From the NCBI GenBank assembly GCA_038867615.1, contig JAWBYA010000001.1, positions 480,001 through 544,000 on the forward strand: a stretch of DNA of 64,000 bases. The letters run 5' to 3'. Below the pieces are notes generated by a model, which did no database searches, was not told where the DNA came from, and saw nothing but the letters and a program-made list of their open reading frames with translations. Position 1 is the first letter of the stretch; each line of letters begins with the position of its first letter. Made by a program: the position numbers and the translations under genes. Positions 50,808 to 60,423 of this stretch are shown piece by piece. The DNA comes from Sulfolobales archaeon (GTDB lineage: Archaea; Thermoproteota; Thermoprotei_A; Sulfolobales; AG1).

Positions 50808-52955
50808 TTATTTAAGGTCTATTTTTCCCATCTCTTGCAAGGTATCCATGCCGTATGTTTTTATTGATTCGTGGGATATCGTGTAGATCTTGTCTCCTAT
50901 GTATATCGATCTTGACGCTCCCTCATGGCTTAGTATTGCTTTGAGCCCTAGCTTATTATTCTCAATGCTTATCACCGCTATTCCCGATAGTATTCCGCTT
51001 TTCGAGATCGTCATGGTTGTTATGGGTATTAGTAGCAATCCTCTCTCGAGGTTTATTGTTACTGCGTGGTGGTCTCCTAGTGCTTGGCTCCAGGCGTTCT
51101 CGATTTTTAGCACTGCTGTTTCGACTATGTTTCTAGGGTCTTTTGTGTTGAAGAGCGAGATTTTCAGGCTATTATTCTCGATCCCTATTCCTAGCAGTGT
51201 TTCTCTCGCTAGTGGGTGTAGGTATTCGCTGAAGCCTGGGATCTTTATGTAGCCGAGGATCTCTGGTTTCTCTGGGTTGCTTATATCTATAGCGTATAGT
51301 GGATCGATCTGTCTGAATGTTACTAGGTAGAATATTTCTCCCACAAGCCTTGCAGCATAGATCCTCTCCCCCTTGGCAAGCCCTTCGAGAATACCAACGA
51401 TCTTTCTATCTGCTAGGGATGCTATGTAGACGTTATTCACAGACTCGTCCTGCTGATTAGTACCTATATATATGAAGGAGCTTGGGAGCGGTCTGATCAT
51501 CTCCCTGGCTGTTGGGATAACCATGGTTCTCGTGGTGCAGTTAGAGCCCGCGGTGCACTCTATAATAGTTACCGTGGCATTCACAGCAGTGCTTTTGGTC
51601 TCCACACGGGCATAGCTTGCCATGATACTAGCGCTTATATTCCTACTGGTTGTTGCAACCACTAGGTGTTCTTTATACTCCTCTATGGAGAACTGATCCA
51701 GGATACTCCCGGGAACCTCTATATAGCCCCTATACCTCGTCTCAAGACCCTTAACATCTATAACATGGATCCTCGATGTGTCTCTAAAAACCTCTGTCGA
51801 TAGCTTTTGCGAAGCATTGGACACTATAGCCTGGGCCTCGCTCGGATCTAGTGTTGATAGGTATTTACTAACAAGCCCGAGGGCCTTGTAATAAGCACCT
51901 CTCTCAACAAGCTCGAACACTTGGGAGGATATATTGCTGGGCATATAGCCCGCAAGGATCTCTAGAGCCCTCGCCATAGCCTTGTAATAAGCCGGGTTTA
52001 TAGACACTATATATAGTCTCGAGGCACTCATATAGATCCAACTGCTATGGGACATTAGTAGGGAGAACTCCCTGTGATCTCCTCTTGAGAGATCTATAGA
52101 GGCTATCGTTGCGAAAGAGCTCGGCACGGGGTCTACTTGGAAAACAAGCCCAGGATCTATCGGAGCACCGTTAACAGAGGGGGAGGTGTTAGCAATAGCG
52201 GGCATCGATATCACTAGATAGACCGTAGCATTGATCATCCTGGCACCAGATATATAGCCCGTATAGACTATCCTACCAATCTCAGAGGGCTTCGAGGGGG
52301 TGGATATATCGTATATATAGATAGAGGTATTCCCACCCATCCTAACAGGAGGAGCTATTATAGAGACCCTGGGGATTGGCAGGGGCTCGATAACAACAAG
52401 ATCCTCTCGAGCTATTAGGGCAAGCCTATCACCCCATAGAAAGACCCCATGTATATAGCCATCAACAGATATCGAGGACAGGATCCTGAGGCCCTGGGGA
52501 TCCACAATAAAAGTCCTATTACCAGAGGCAGCGATTATCAACCTACCATTGGTCTTAACAATATCGAGCTCATCAACCCCCACAACCTGGACATTCGTTG
52601 TGGAGAAGCTAGCGGGAGGAGCCGGGGCGGGGGAACCGCCCTGAGATGCTGCGGGTGTAACCATGGCTCTTACGGCATCAATAACATATGGATATCCATA
52701 GGCTTCTTCTAAGCTGCTGAGGAGGCCCCAGATCTCATTATAGCTTGAGAAGCTCCTAAGATTGCCGAAGCCTATGAGCCCACCGCTACCCATGCCTCCC
52801 GGTGTTTGGGTTCTCTGTGGTGGGGTATATAGTGATGTGAGGATCGCTATGGATGCTATGATCATGAGGGCTATTGCTATGCTTACCAAAACAAACCTGG
52901 ATCTAGGTCTATCCATACCCGGGTTGGGAGAAGTGCTAGCCATACAGATCTCCAA
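50808..52955 (-). CDS. Secreted beta-propeller domain protein
   Basis: FSTTNVQVVGVDELDIVKTNG, GERIYAAR, VTFRQIDPL, KIPGFSEYLHP. Confidence 0.92.
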   Translation of the reverse strand: MEICMASTSPNPGMDRPRSRFVLVSIAIALMIIASIAILTSLYTPPQRTQTPGGMGSGGLIGFGNLRSFSSYNEIWGLLSSLEEAYGYPYVIDAVRAMVTPAASQGGSPAPAPPASFSTTNVQVVGVDELDIVKTNGRLIIAASGNRTFIVDPQGLRILSSISVDGYIHGVFLWGDRLALIAREDLVVIEPLPIPRVSIIAPPVRMGGNTSIYIYDISTPSKPSEIGRIVYTGYISGARMINATVYLVISMPAIANTSPSVNGAPIDPGLVFQVDPVPSSFATIASIDLSRGDHREFSLLMSHSSWIYMSASRLYIVSINPAYYKAMARALEILAGYMPSNISSQVFELVERGAYYKALGLVSKYLSTLDPSEAQAIVSNASQKLSTEVFRDTSRIHVIDVKGLETRYRGYIEVPGSILDQFSIEEYKEHLVVATTSRNISASIMASYARVETKSTAVNATVTIIECTAGSNCTTRTMVIPTAREMIRPLPSSFIYIGTNQQDESVNNVYIASLADRKIVGILEGLAKGERIYAARLVGEIFYLVTFRQIDPLYAIDISNPEKPEILGYIKIPGFSEYLHPLARETLLGIGIENNSLKISLFNTKDPRNIVETAVLKIENAWSQALGDHHAVTINLERGLLLIPITTMTISKSGILSGIAVISIENNKLGLKAILSHEGASRSIYIGDKIYTISHESIKTYGMDTLQEMGKIDLK

Positions 52956-52989
52956 GAGCTATTTGATAGGGTTAAAATAACTCTAGGCT

Positions 52990-53811
52990 TTGCACACCAT
53001 GTATAAGATCTTTAACACTATAGCTTCTAAGGAAATATGCCTTGGTGATTGTTTGAAAGAATTCTCAGGCAGGGTTTGCCTAGTGATCGGTGGTAGTGGG
53101 GGTGTTGGGGAAGCCCTCGTAGAGATCCTTGTGGAGAGGGGGTGCACCACGATCTTCACATATGCTGCTAACGCTGCAAAAGCCCTCGGGATTGTTGAGA
53201 GGTTGAGAGGCTCGGGATCTATAGAAGCCGTTAGACTCGACGCTACGGATTATAGAGATGCCCAGAGGGTTGCTGAGTATATCTCGAAAAAACATGGCTC
53301 TCTAAACCACCTCGCAGTGCTCCACGGCCTCTCAAGAGCAGATCTCTGGAAGGCATCGTGGGACTCGCTATCCCTCGAGGACTATCTAGAGGTCTTTAGA
53401 GTGGATTTCGGGGGCTTTTTCAACGTTGTCAAGGCTTTTAAAAACCTTCTCGAGAGATCCTCACCAGCATCCCTAGTAGCTATATCATCAACGCCCGCTC
53501 TCGTAGGAGATATAGAGGGCTATCCATACCTAGCTGCAAAAGCAGCTGTAGCGGCCTTCGCAAAATCCCTAGCATATACCCTCGCACCGAGGGTGAGGGT
53601 AAACATAGCGGCGCTAGGATCTATAGAGACTAAGTGGATAGAATGGCTTGATGAGAAAACAATAGAGAGGATCAAAGCCTCAATACCCCTGAAGAGAATC
53701 GGAAAACCCCGCGAGGCTGCCGAGGCAATAGCTTTCCTGCTAAGCGATAGATCCTCATACATAACGGGGCAGGTGTTGATCGTGGACGGTGGGGAGGTGG
53801 TACCAACATGA
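52990..53811 (+). CDS. SDR oxidoreductase
   Basis: GGSGGVG, YLAAK, YITGQVLIVDGG. Confidence 0.92.
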   Translation: MHTMYKIFNTIASKEICLGDCLKEFSGRVCLVIGGSGGVGEALVEILVERGCTTIFTYAANAAKALGIVERLRGSGSIEAVRLDATDYRDAQRVAEYISKKHGSLNHLAVLHGLSRADLWKASWDSLSLEDYLEVFRVDFGGFFNVVKAFKNLLERSSPASLVAISSTPALVGDIEGYPYLAAKAAVAAFAKSLAYTLAPRVRVNIAALGSIETKWIEWLDEKTIERIKASIPLKRIGKPREAAEAIAFLLSDRSSYITGQVLIVDGGEVVPT

Positions 53812-53986
53812 GTAGGTGGAGAACCCCGGAGCCGCATCAGCTATACGATCCATGGGTTTTAGAGCTTCCTAAAATATTTAGATGAGATAGAGAAGAATAT
53901 AGTTGAATAATCGATCTTGACGATACATAGGTTTAAATATATAGCTCTTTTTGCAAACTATTATGGTAAATACGGGGGGTTAGGGG

Positions 53987-55633
53987 TTGAAATACCCCTG
54001 GAGACCTGGTTATGATCTAACAATCGATAGAATGATCAAGACGGTGTTGCATTATAACCCTGGAGGCGAGATAGTATATAGAACTAGATCAGGTGTTGAG
54101 AGGTATAGCTATTCAAAAGCCTATGAGAGGATGAACTCCCTCGCAGCAGCACTCTCAAGCATGGGTGTTAAGAGAGGGGATAGGGTTGCTACCCTCGATT
54201 GGAATACGCACTGGCATTACGAAGCATATTTCGCTATACCAATGATGGGTGCTGTTCTACATCCAGTTAATGTTAGGCTGGCTCCCAGCGAGATTGAGTA
54301 TGTTATGAACCATGCGGAGGATAGGGTTGCTATAGTGCACTCAGACTTCCTCAAGCTCTTGGAGGTTGTGGCACCGAGGGTTAAGAGTCTAGAGCATGTT
54401 ATTGTAGTCGATGCTGATAGCGCTCCTGAGAAGCTGGGGAATGCTAGGGTATATCTATACGAGGATCTCGTGAGATCCCATAGGGAGAGCTATGAGTGGC
54501 CAGAGATCTCTGAGAACGAGGTTGCTGGTATAGGGTATACTAGTGGGACTACAGGCCTGCCCAAGGGAGCGTTCTTCACACACAGGCAGATAGTTATACA
54601 CGCGATGTCTGTAGCCCTCTTCACATCCGCATCCCCCCTAATAGGGTTGAACGCATCCTCAACACTCCTCCACATAGTCCCGATGTTCCATGTATTCTCG
54701 TGGGGCTTGCCCTATGTTGCAACCCTCCTAGGGGCTAGGCAGGTCTATCCCAACAGGCTTATCCCCTCCGTCTTGTTAGAACTCATAGCTAGCGAGAGGG
54801 TTACCCACACAGCAGGGGTTCCCACGATACTCTACATGCTTCTAACAGACCCGTCGAGCCCCAAATACGATCTAAAGGGTCTGAGGTTCATAAACGGGGG
54901 CTCAGCAATGCCAGAGGGTTTGGCGGAGCTTGCTAGAAAGAGGGGTATAGAGGTTATAGTGGGCTATGGCCTGACAGAAACAGCCCCGGTTCTAACAATA
55001 GCAAGCCCCCCGCCCGGTCTGCTTAAAAGCCCCGAGCTGGGTAAACTACTCCTGAGAACCGGATGGCCAGTACCCTTAGTAGAGATAAGGGTTGTTGATC
55101 CTGGAGGAAAGCCTGTGCCGAGGGATGGGAGGACTATGGGTGAGATTGTTGTGAGAGCCCCCTGGCTAACCCCTGAATATTATAGAGATCCTGCCAAGAC
55201 TGAGGAGCTCTGGAGGGGAGGATGGTTGCATACAGGCGATATAGCAGTGTGGTTCGAGGACGGCTCTGTATTGATAATGGATAGGGATAAGGATGTGGTT
55301 AAAAGCGGAGGCGAGTGGATAAGCAGTGTGAGGCTTGAGGATGCTATAAGCACACACCCAGGCGTCTCCCAAGTCGCGGTTATAGCTGTGAGGAGTGAGA
55401 AGTGGGGTGAGAGACCCGCAGCCCTCATAGTCCCGAAACCAGAGTGGAGGGGTAAGATAACGCTTGAGGAGGTGAGGAGGCATCTCGAGGATAACTATGT
55501 TGCCAAGGGACTGATACCGAGGTGGTGGCTTCCAGACATAGTTATAGAGGTTGAGAGTCTTCCCCTAACAAGTGTAGGTAAGATTGCTAAGAGGGTGCTT
55601 AGAGAGCAGTACAAAGATCTAGTAGTTAGTTAG
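53987..55633 (+). CDS. Long-chain fatty-acid/acyl-CoA ligase
   Basis: YTSGTTGLPKG, GYGLTET, WLHTGD, KSGGEWISS. Confidence 0.95.
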   Translation: MKYPWRPGYDLTIDRMIKTVLHYNPGGEIVYRTRSGVERYSYSKAYERMNSLAAALSSMGVKRGDRVATLDWNTHWHYEAYFAIPMMGAVLHPVNVRLAPSEIEYVMNHAEDRVAIVHSDFLKLLEVVAPRVKSLEHVIVVDADSAPEKLGNARVYLYEDLVRSHRESYEWPEISENEVAGIGYTSGTTGLPKGAFFTHRQIVIHAMSVALFTSASPLIGLNASSTLLHIVPMFHVFSWGLPYVATLLGARQVYPNRLIPSVLLELIASERVTHTAGVPTILYMLLTDPSSPKYDLKGLRFINGGSAMPEGLAELARKRGIEVIVGYGLTETAPVLTIASPPPGLLKSPELGKLLLRTGWPVPLVEIRVVDPGGKPVPRDGRTMGEIVVRAPWLTPEYYRDPAKTEELWRGGWLHTGDIAVWFEDGSVLIMDRDKDVVKSGGEWISSVRLEDAISTHPGVSQVAVIAVRSEKWGERPAALIVPKPEWRGKITLEEVRRHLEDNYVAKGLIPRWWLPDIVIEVESLPLTSVGKIAKRVLREQYKDLVVS

Positions 55634-55915
55634 AGAACATAGGGTTAAGGCATAACATCTCCCCAGCGGAGATATGTGGGATCACGATAGCAAGGTTCCG
55701 AGGTGGTGCTAGAAGCTAAGAATCCCGGCTTAATGCTGCATTCCCACGATCTCCCTACATCTCAGGATCTTTTTCACTTTTTCCTTTCCAGCTGTAGGAG
55801 CGTGTTTAAAGATCTCTCCATATATTGGATAGCATGGATACTGTTCTCCTTACTATCGGCTCTTTTCTCTCTACATATCTTCCCGCTATGTTTATATGCG
55901 TCCTTAAGCCTTTTA

Positions 55916-55939
55916 CTTTCAATTCTATAGTAGATCGAC
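55916..55939 (-). CRISPR. Solitary perfect CRISPR repeat
   Basis: ctttcaattctatagtagatcgac, identical to 5790-5813 and to the reverse complement of 7942-7965. Confidence 0.88.
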
Positions 55940-56121
55940 TTGTGGGGTTATGGATTGCTGTTGAGCCTAGCGGCATGGGGCTTCCATCTACTGAGAGATC
56001 ATCCCCTGGATGGCTTGGAGCGATGCTCCCATCACCATCCAGAGTCAATATTGAGATCAAATCATCACCAAAAACCATTCCAATCAAGGCTTACAAATCT
56101 TCTGTATCGGTAAGAAAACAG
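55916..56121 (-). mobile_element. IS607/TnpB-derived mini-element copy B fused to a perfect CRISPR repeat
   Basis: AGGG|CTGTTTTCTT left end at 56121; TTTGTAAG box; CTGGATGG..GGAGC-GCTCC..CCATCCAG stem; ...ACCCCACAA|GTCGATCTACTATAGAATTGAAAG. Confidence 0.85.
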
Positions 56122-56123
56122 CC

Positions 56124-56530
56124 CTATTTCTTAGCCTCAATACTCCTCGCCTCAAAGCCTAGGTATTTATCGATCATTTTGGAGAGTGTCTCCTGGAGAT
56201 CGTTATCAGCATGGCCAAGAGTTCTGCAGAATGCTACAAGACCGCTTAGCCTTATGGTCTCTATCCTAGCCTCCTCAACAAGCTGTGAGAGCCTGAACCT
56301 GAGAGAAGCCTCCCTAGATCTTAGCTCGAGAAGCCTTCTCAAAAGATCTACGCATTCCTCTCGATACAAGATCTCGCCCTCCCCTGAGCCTCATAGATCC
56401 TCCTAAGATCCTCCTCAACCTCCCTAACAGCCCTCTCAAGAGCTTCAATATTCTCCAAAGTAACCCTCAAAAGATCCTCAAGACCATTACTATCAATACA
56501 CACATCATTCATAGGCGCCCCCCACACCAT
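56124..56530 (-). CDS. Helical/coiled-coil hypothetical protein(s); two ORFs, probably one gene frameshifted at a G run
   Basis: ORFs 56348..56530 and 56124..56369 join if CAG-GGG-AG gains one G (EAQGEGEILYREEC). Confidence 0.55.
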
Positions 56531-56533
56531 AAA

Positions 56534-56603
56534 CAGGCGTCATCAGCCCATCACAACTCAGGGCGGTTTGGGGCCCCCAGGCCCCGGGAGGACGCCATCT
56601 CCC
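56534..56603 (-). ncRNA. Fluoride (crcB) riboswitch
   Basis: GGGAGATGGCGTCCTCCC...AAACCGCCC...GGGCTGATGACGCCT: P1 GGGAG/CTCCC, pseudoknot GGCGTC/GACGCC, GCCC/GGGC stem. Confidence 0.85.
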
Positions 56604-56640
56604 AGCCGCGTCGAGCGGCAATAGCTATTACTCTTGAGGG

Positions 56641-56648
56641 CTTATATA
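56641..56648 (-). promoter_or_regulatory. TATA box upstream of the riboswitch
   Basis: TATATAAG ~20-40 nt upstream of the GC-rich leader. Confidence 0.6.
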
Positions 56649-56832
56649 GATACCCAGTTAAGTTGTTATAAAAACTAGATGTTTTGAAGGGTTCTCCTTG
56701 GTTAGTGTTTGTTCCTGGTTGTTTGTTGTCTCTTTTCTATATCTAGGGTTTCTATATGATTTTGTAGGACTGCTTGGTGAGAGACGTGCTGCTATGGTGA
56801 AGAGTGGAAATGCTGGAGAGAATCGGCTCTGT

Positions 56833-57914
56833 CTAGAGGAATGGTCTTTTGACAAGCTCTCTTGTTGATTCTATTAGCCATACTCCTTTTTCTTCGGCTT
56901 TCTTGGGATCGCCTATGTATTTTAGGCAATAGAGCACCATGATGACATTGCCTGTAAATTTCTCTGGCCATTTCTTTCTAGCCCTCTCAACCCTCTTTAC
57001 AAGTCTGTCAATGAGTTTCTCGCTAGCTCTTGTCTCAGCCTCGCCAACGATCACGATACCATTATGTGAGCCATATATATCGAACTCGTATCTCTTATCA
57101 AGCACAATGGATCCGAGGCTTATCTCCAAACCCTTCTCTCTTAAAAACCCCTCGACAACGATCCTAGCTTCCTCCTCGATAGAGATTGTTATGTTCTCAA
57201 GGATCCTCTCAACCCTACTAAGTCTCCTATCAATCCTGGAGACACTTGCTTTCAAAGCGGAAACATCGCTCTTCAAGGTAGAAACGTCGGATTTTAGGGC
57301 TGGAACATCAGTCTTTAAAGTGGATACATCGGATTTCAGCAACCCTATATCGTCTCTAATTCTTAATATATCGGTTTTTATCGCAACCAAATAGCCCTCC
57401 AGGGTTGAGAGCCTCTTATCAACTTGTTTGAACCGTTTGTCCCTGGATGTTCATTCCAGTCATTTTATATTTGTTCATGGTCACATCCGGGGACTTCCAC
57501 CTCTACCCGCAGGATCAGAGAGATCCTGTGGGGTCATGGGCTGCCGTCGAGCCGAACGGCACGCGGCTCCCATCTAGCTTGTGCCCCAGACAGCTTGGAG
57601 CGCTGCTCCCATCGCCACCCGAGACCTGTGTGGGGAGACCCACACCGGGGCCAATATCTTTCAAGGCTTATAAATATCCAGGTGTTGGCGGGAGAGCGGC
57701 TTTCGGGCATGTCGCTCCCAATACTTATAAAAATTTCCAAAGCCTATTAATCCTCACTATGCATATCAAAAAGAGAACAGCCCTCTCTAACATAGTCGGC
57801 CAGTGCTTTGATCGCTTCAGCAATCATTCTAAGATCCTCTGACCTTGCCTCTTCAAGAGCCCTCTTAACGGCTTTCTCAACGATCTCCTCGAGGATTTTC
57901 AGATCTACGGACAT
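56833..57914 (-). pseudogene. Coiled-coil + PD-(D/E)XK-like paralog split by MITE copy C
   Basis: 5' part MSVDLKILEE...DYVREG (57914-57781) and 3' part FKQVDKRL...; C-terminus nearly identical to 10489..11331. Confidence 0.9.
57434..57780 (-). mobile_element. Full-length IS607-type MITE copy C (347 bp)
   Basis: AGGG|CTGTTCTC...ACAAACG|G ends; removal restores the ORF; internal TATA boxes; TnpB-tail-like LDGSRVPFGSTAAHDP; several hairpins. Confidence 0.9.
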
Positions 57915-58082
57915 CAGCGTACCAATAGTTAGTGCTTCTCTAAAACTTATATAAGCCGGGCAAGAAGGATCGCATTGAATCTATAGATCTTGGGGCTTGG
58001 GATGCGTTACTGGTTTTTGGTAACGCGCCCTGCTGAGGGCTTGCTGTGTTGCTGAAAAATATATTGGTTCACGTGATCGGTA

Positions 58083-59036
58083 TTGTGGCTGGTTGGGATG
58101 GTTGGGGTTAGGGATTTTAGTATCGAGATCGCTGGGATTGTTGAGAGGGTTAGGGATTCGGTTATAACCGTTGTTGTTGAGGCCATAGATCCTTTATCAA
58201 TGCTTGAAGCCCCTGTTAGGGGTGTTGGTTCTGGCTTCATAGTTGGTGAGGATCTCGCTCTAACGAATAGCCATGTTGTTGGCTCTGCTATCGAGGCTAG
58301 GGTTATCTATAGCGATGGTGAGGTTGGTGTTGGCAGGGTTCTTGCCAGGGATCCTTACAGGGATCTAGCCCTCCTCGAGGTTGAGAGTAGGGGTAGGCGT
58401 GTTAGGATGGGTGATTCTGATAAGGTCAGGATAGGAGAGCTTGTAATAGCCCTCGGATCCCCTCTCGGGATGCCTGGACCCTCGGTAACGCTCGGTGTTG
58501 TTAGTGCTAGGGGTAGGACTATTGTTGCTGATGAGGGGAGAATCGTTCTCGAAGATCTCATACAGACAGACGCTGCAATAAACCCAGGCAACAGCGGTGG
58601 TCCTCTAATCAACATGGACGCCGAGGCTATAGGCGTCACAACAGCCATGATCCCATTCGCACAGGGAATAGGCTTCGGAATACCCATAAACCATGCCAAG
58701 AGATTCATAACACTGATCTCTAAATACGGGAGACCAGTGAGAGCATGGATCGGTGTCTTCGTAGCACCACTAACACCAGAGATCGCGAGAATGATGGGGC
58801 TCGAAAAAGCAAAAGGAGTAGTTGTCATCAGAACAATCCCCGGAAGCCCTGCAGAAGCCGTCGGAATAAGGAGGGGTGATGTGATCCTCAAGGCAGGGGG
58901 TAGGGAGATCTCAACGCCTGGGGATCTGAGAAACACTATAGAGGATAGCATAGATAGGGGAGAGATCGAGATAGAGCTTGTTAGAAGAGGCTATGTAAGG
59001 GTAGTGAGCGTTCCAATCATTATCGAAGAGCTTTGA
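58083..59036 (+). CDS. HtrA/DegP-like serine protease with PDZ
   Basis: TNSHVV, DLALL, IQTDAAINPGNSGGPL. Confidence 0.95.
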   Translation: MWLVGMVGVRDFSIEIAGIVERVRDSVITVVVEAIDPLSMLEAPVRGVGSGFIVGEDLALTNSHVVGSAIEARVIYSDGEVGVGRVLARDPYRDLALLEVESRGRRVRMGDSDKVRIGELVIALGSPLGMPGPSVTLGVVSARGRTIVADEGRIVLEDLIQTDAAINPGNSGGPLINMDAEAIGVTTAMIPFAQGIGFGIPINHAKRFITLISKYGRPVRAWIGVFVAPLTPEIARMMGLEKAKGVVVIRTIPGSPAEAVGIRRGDVILKAGGREISTPGDLRNTIEDSIDRGEIEIELVRRGYVRVVSVPIIIEEL

Positions 59037-59325
59037 ATACCATAGGGGTTTGATCACAAGGATTATCGTTATTTCCACACTCTAACCAGACCTCATAGCT
59101 ATGGCTATCAAAAAGATCCAGGTAGAAGGTTGAGAAGCGATGAATATCCGCTGAAGCCCTCGACCGGTCTAGACATTGCCACCATATCTATCTCCCCGTC
59201 CTTGTATCCATATCGCTGCCGAGCCTTGGTAACGTTACGCTTAGATGCTCTCCTATACTGCGATGCATGATAAGGCATCGACATAGGTTAAAATTAGCTT
59301 GGAGTTAGCAAGAAAACGCAGCGAT

Positions 59326-60384
59326 CTAGGATGAGGTTATGTTAGCATTGAAAGGTACCTCTATCTCCCCAGAGGCTACTTTGCTATGTATCTCCATAGC
59401 CTTTTTACTGATCTCCTCCGGCACGTTTTTGAGCGGGAAGAGCACATATATATCTGTACCGTATTTTAGCTTGTAATAACCGCTTTTCTTACCGTTTGCT
59501 ATCTCCTGGATCACTAGTTTTAAGGCCTTGCCGAAGTCATAGATATATGATGTTATCACATTGTTGGGAGCCATGCTGGATTTATCTGTATACTTCACAG
59601 TGACTAGAACCTTGCCCGGAGCTGACTGCACAGCCTCGAAGATCCCGTAGACCCCTAGATTAACACTAGCAAGGAGGATATCAGCACCAGATGCTATCAA
59701 CGTCTCGGCCACGCTCCTAGCCTTCACAGGATCGTTGAAATCGCCTACCCACACGTATTTAAGCCTAACGCTAGAGTTATAGCTCTTAATAGCCATCAGG
59801 ACAGCGTTCACCTCAGCCTTGCTGAACGGGAGATCTATACCGCCTATATAGCCAATAACACCTGTCTTAGTAACCATAGCTGCCATAGCTCCCAACACAT
59901 AGAATCCTGGGGGAAAGTTCCTGTCAATTATCCACACATTGCTAGGCTGGTCTGCGAGGGGAGAGTCGGTCTCTATTATGAAAACAACGTTCGGGTTTTC
60001 TTTCGCCAGCTTTAGAGCCGCTGCATTGAACTGGGCACCATGACTCCAGATCACGTTATACCCCAGCGAAATATACTCCTGCATAACCCTCTCAGCATCG
60101 GGTACAGCAACCCTCTCCGAGAAAGCAACATCTATACCGAGATCGCCCTTAACGCTCTGGAGAGCGAGATATCCCAGCGTGTTGTAATCGGCATCCTGTA
60201 TAGTTCCGGGGAATATCGCTGCCAACCGGATTTTCTGTTGAGATATAGCAGGGGCTGTGGCTGGTGATGTCATGGTAGGCGACGTCACGGCCCGTGAAAA
60301 CCCGCCGCCTAGGAACAGAAACACTCCTACACCTATTATTATTATTAAAGCCAATACTATACCGAACACATATATTTTGTTCAT
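59326..60384 (-). CDS. BMP-family ABC substrate-binding protein
   Basis: DADYN, GYNVIWSHG, VGDFNDPVKA. Confidence 0.92.
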   Translation of the reverse strand: MNKIYVFGIVLALIIIIGVGVFLFLGGGFSRAVTSPTMTSPATAPAISQQKIRLAAIFPGTIQDADYNTLGYLALQSVKGDLGIDVAFSERVAVPDAERVMQEYISLGYNVIWSHGAQFNAAALKLAKENPNVVFIIETDSPLADQPSNVWIIDRNFPPGFYVLGAMAAMVTKTGVIGYIGGIDLPFSKAEVNAVLMAIKSYNSSVRLKYVWVGDFNDPVKARSVAETLIASGADILLASVNLGVYGIFEAVQSAPGKVLVTVKYTDKSSMAPNNVITSYIYDFGKALKLVIQEIANGKKSGYYKLKYGTDIYVLFPLKNVPEEISKKAMEIHSKVASGEIEVPFNANITSS

Positions 60385-60423
60385 TTTAACCCCTTTTGTT
60401 CTTACTGTTGCGGGTAATATAAG

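Noticed and set aside
55841-55853. CTGTTCTCCTTAC as an inverted right end of copy B
   Set aside because: The spacing resembles copy C, but there is no GG junction and no flanking homology to C's right end; unresolved, not called.
57425-57790. MITE C as a spliceable (BHB or group I) intron
   Set aside because: Only a short CUGUU/AACGG pairing; no convincing bulge-helix-bulge or group I core.
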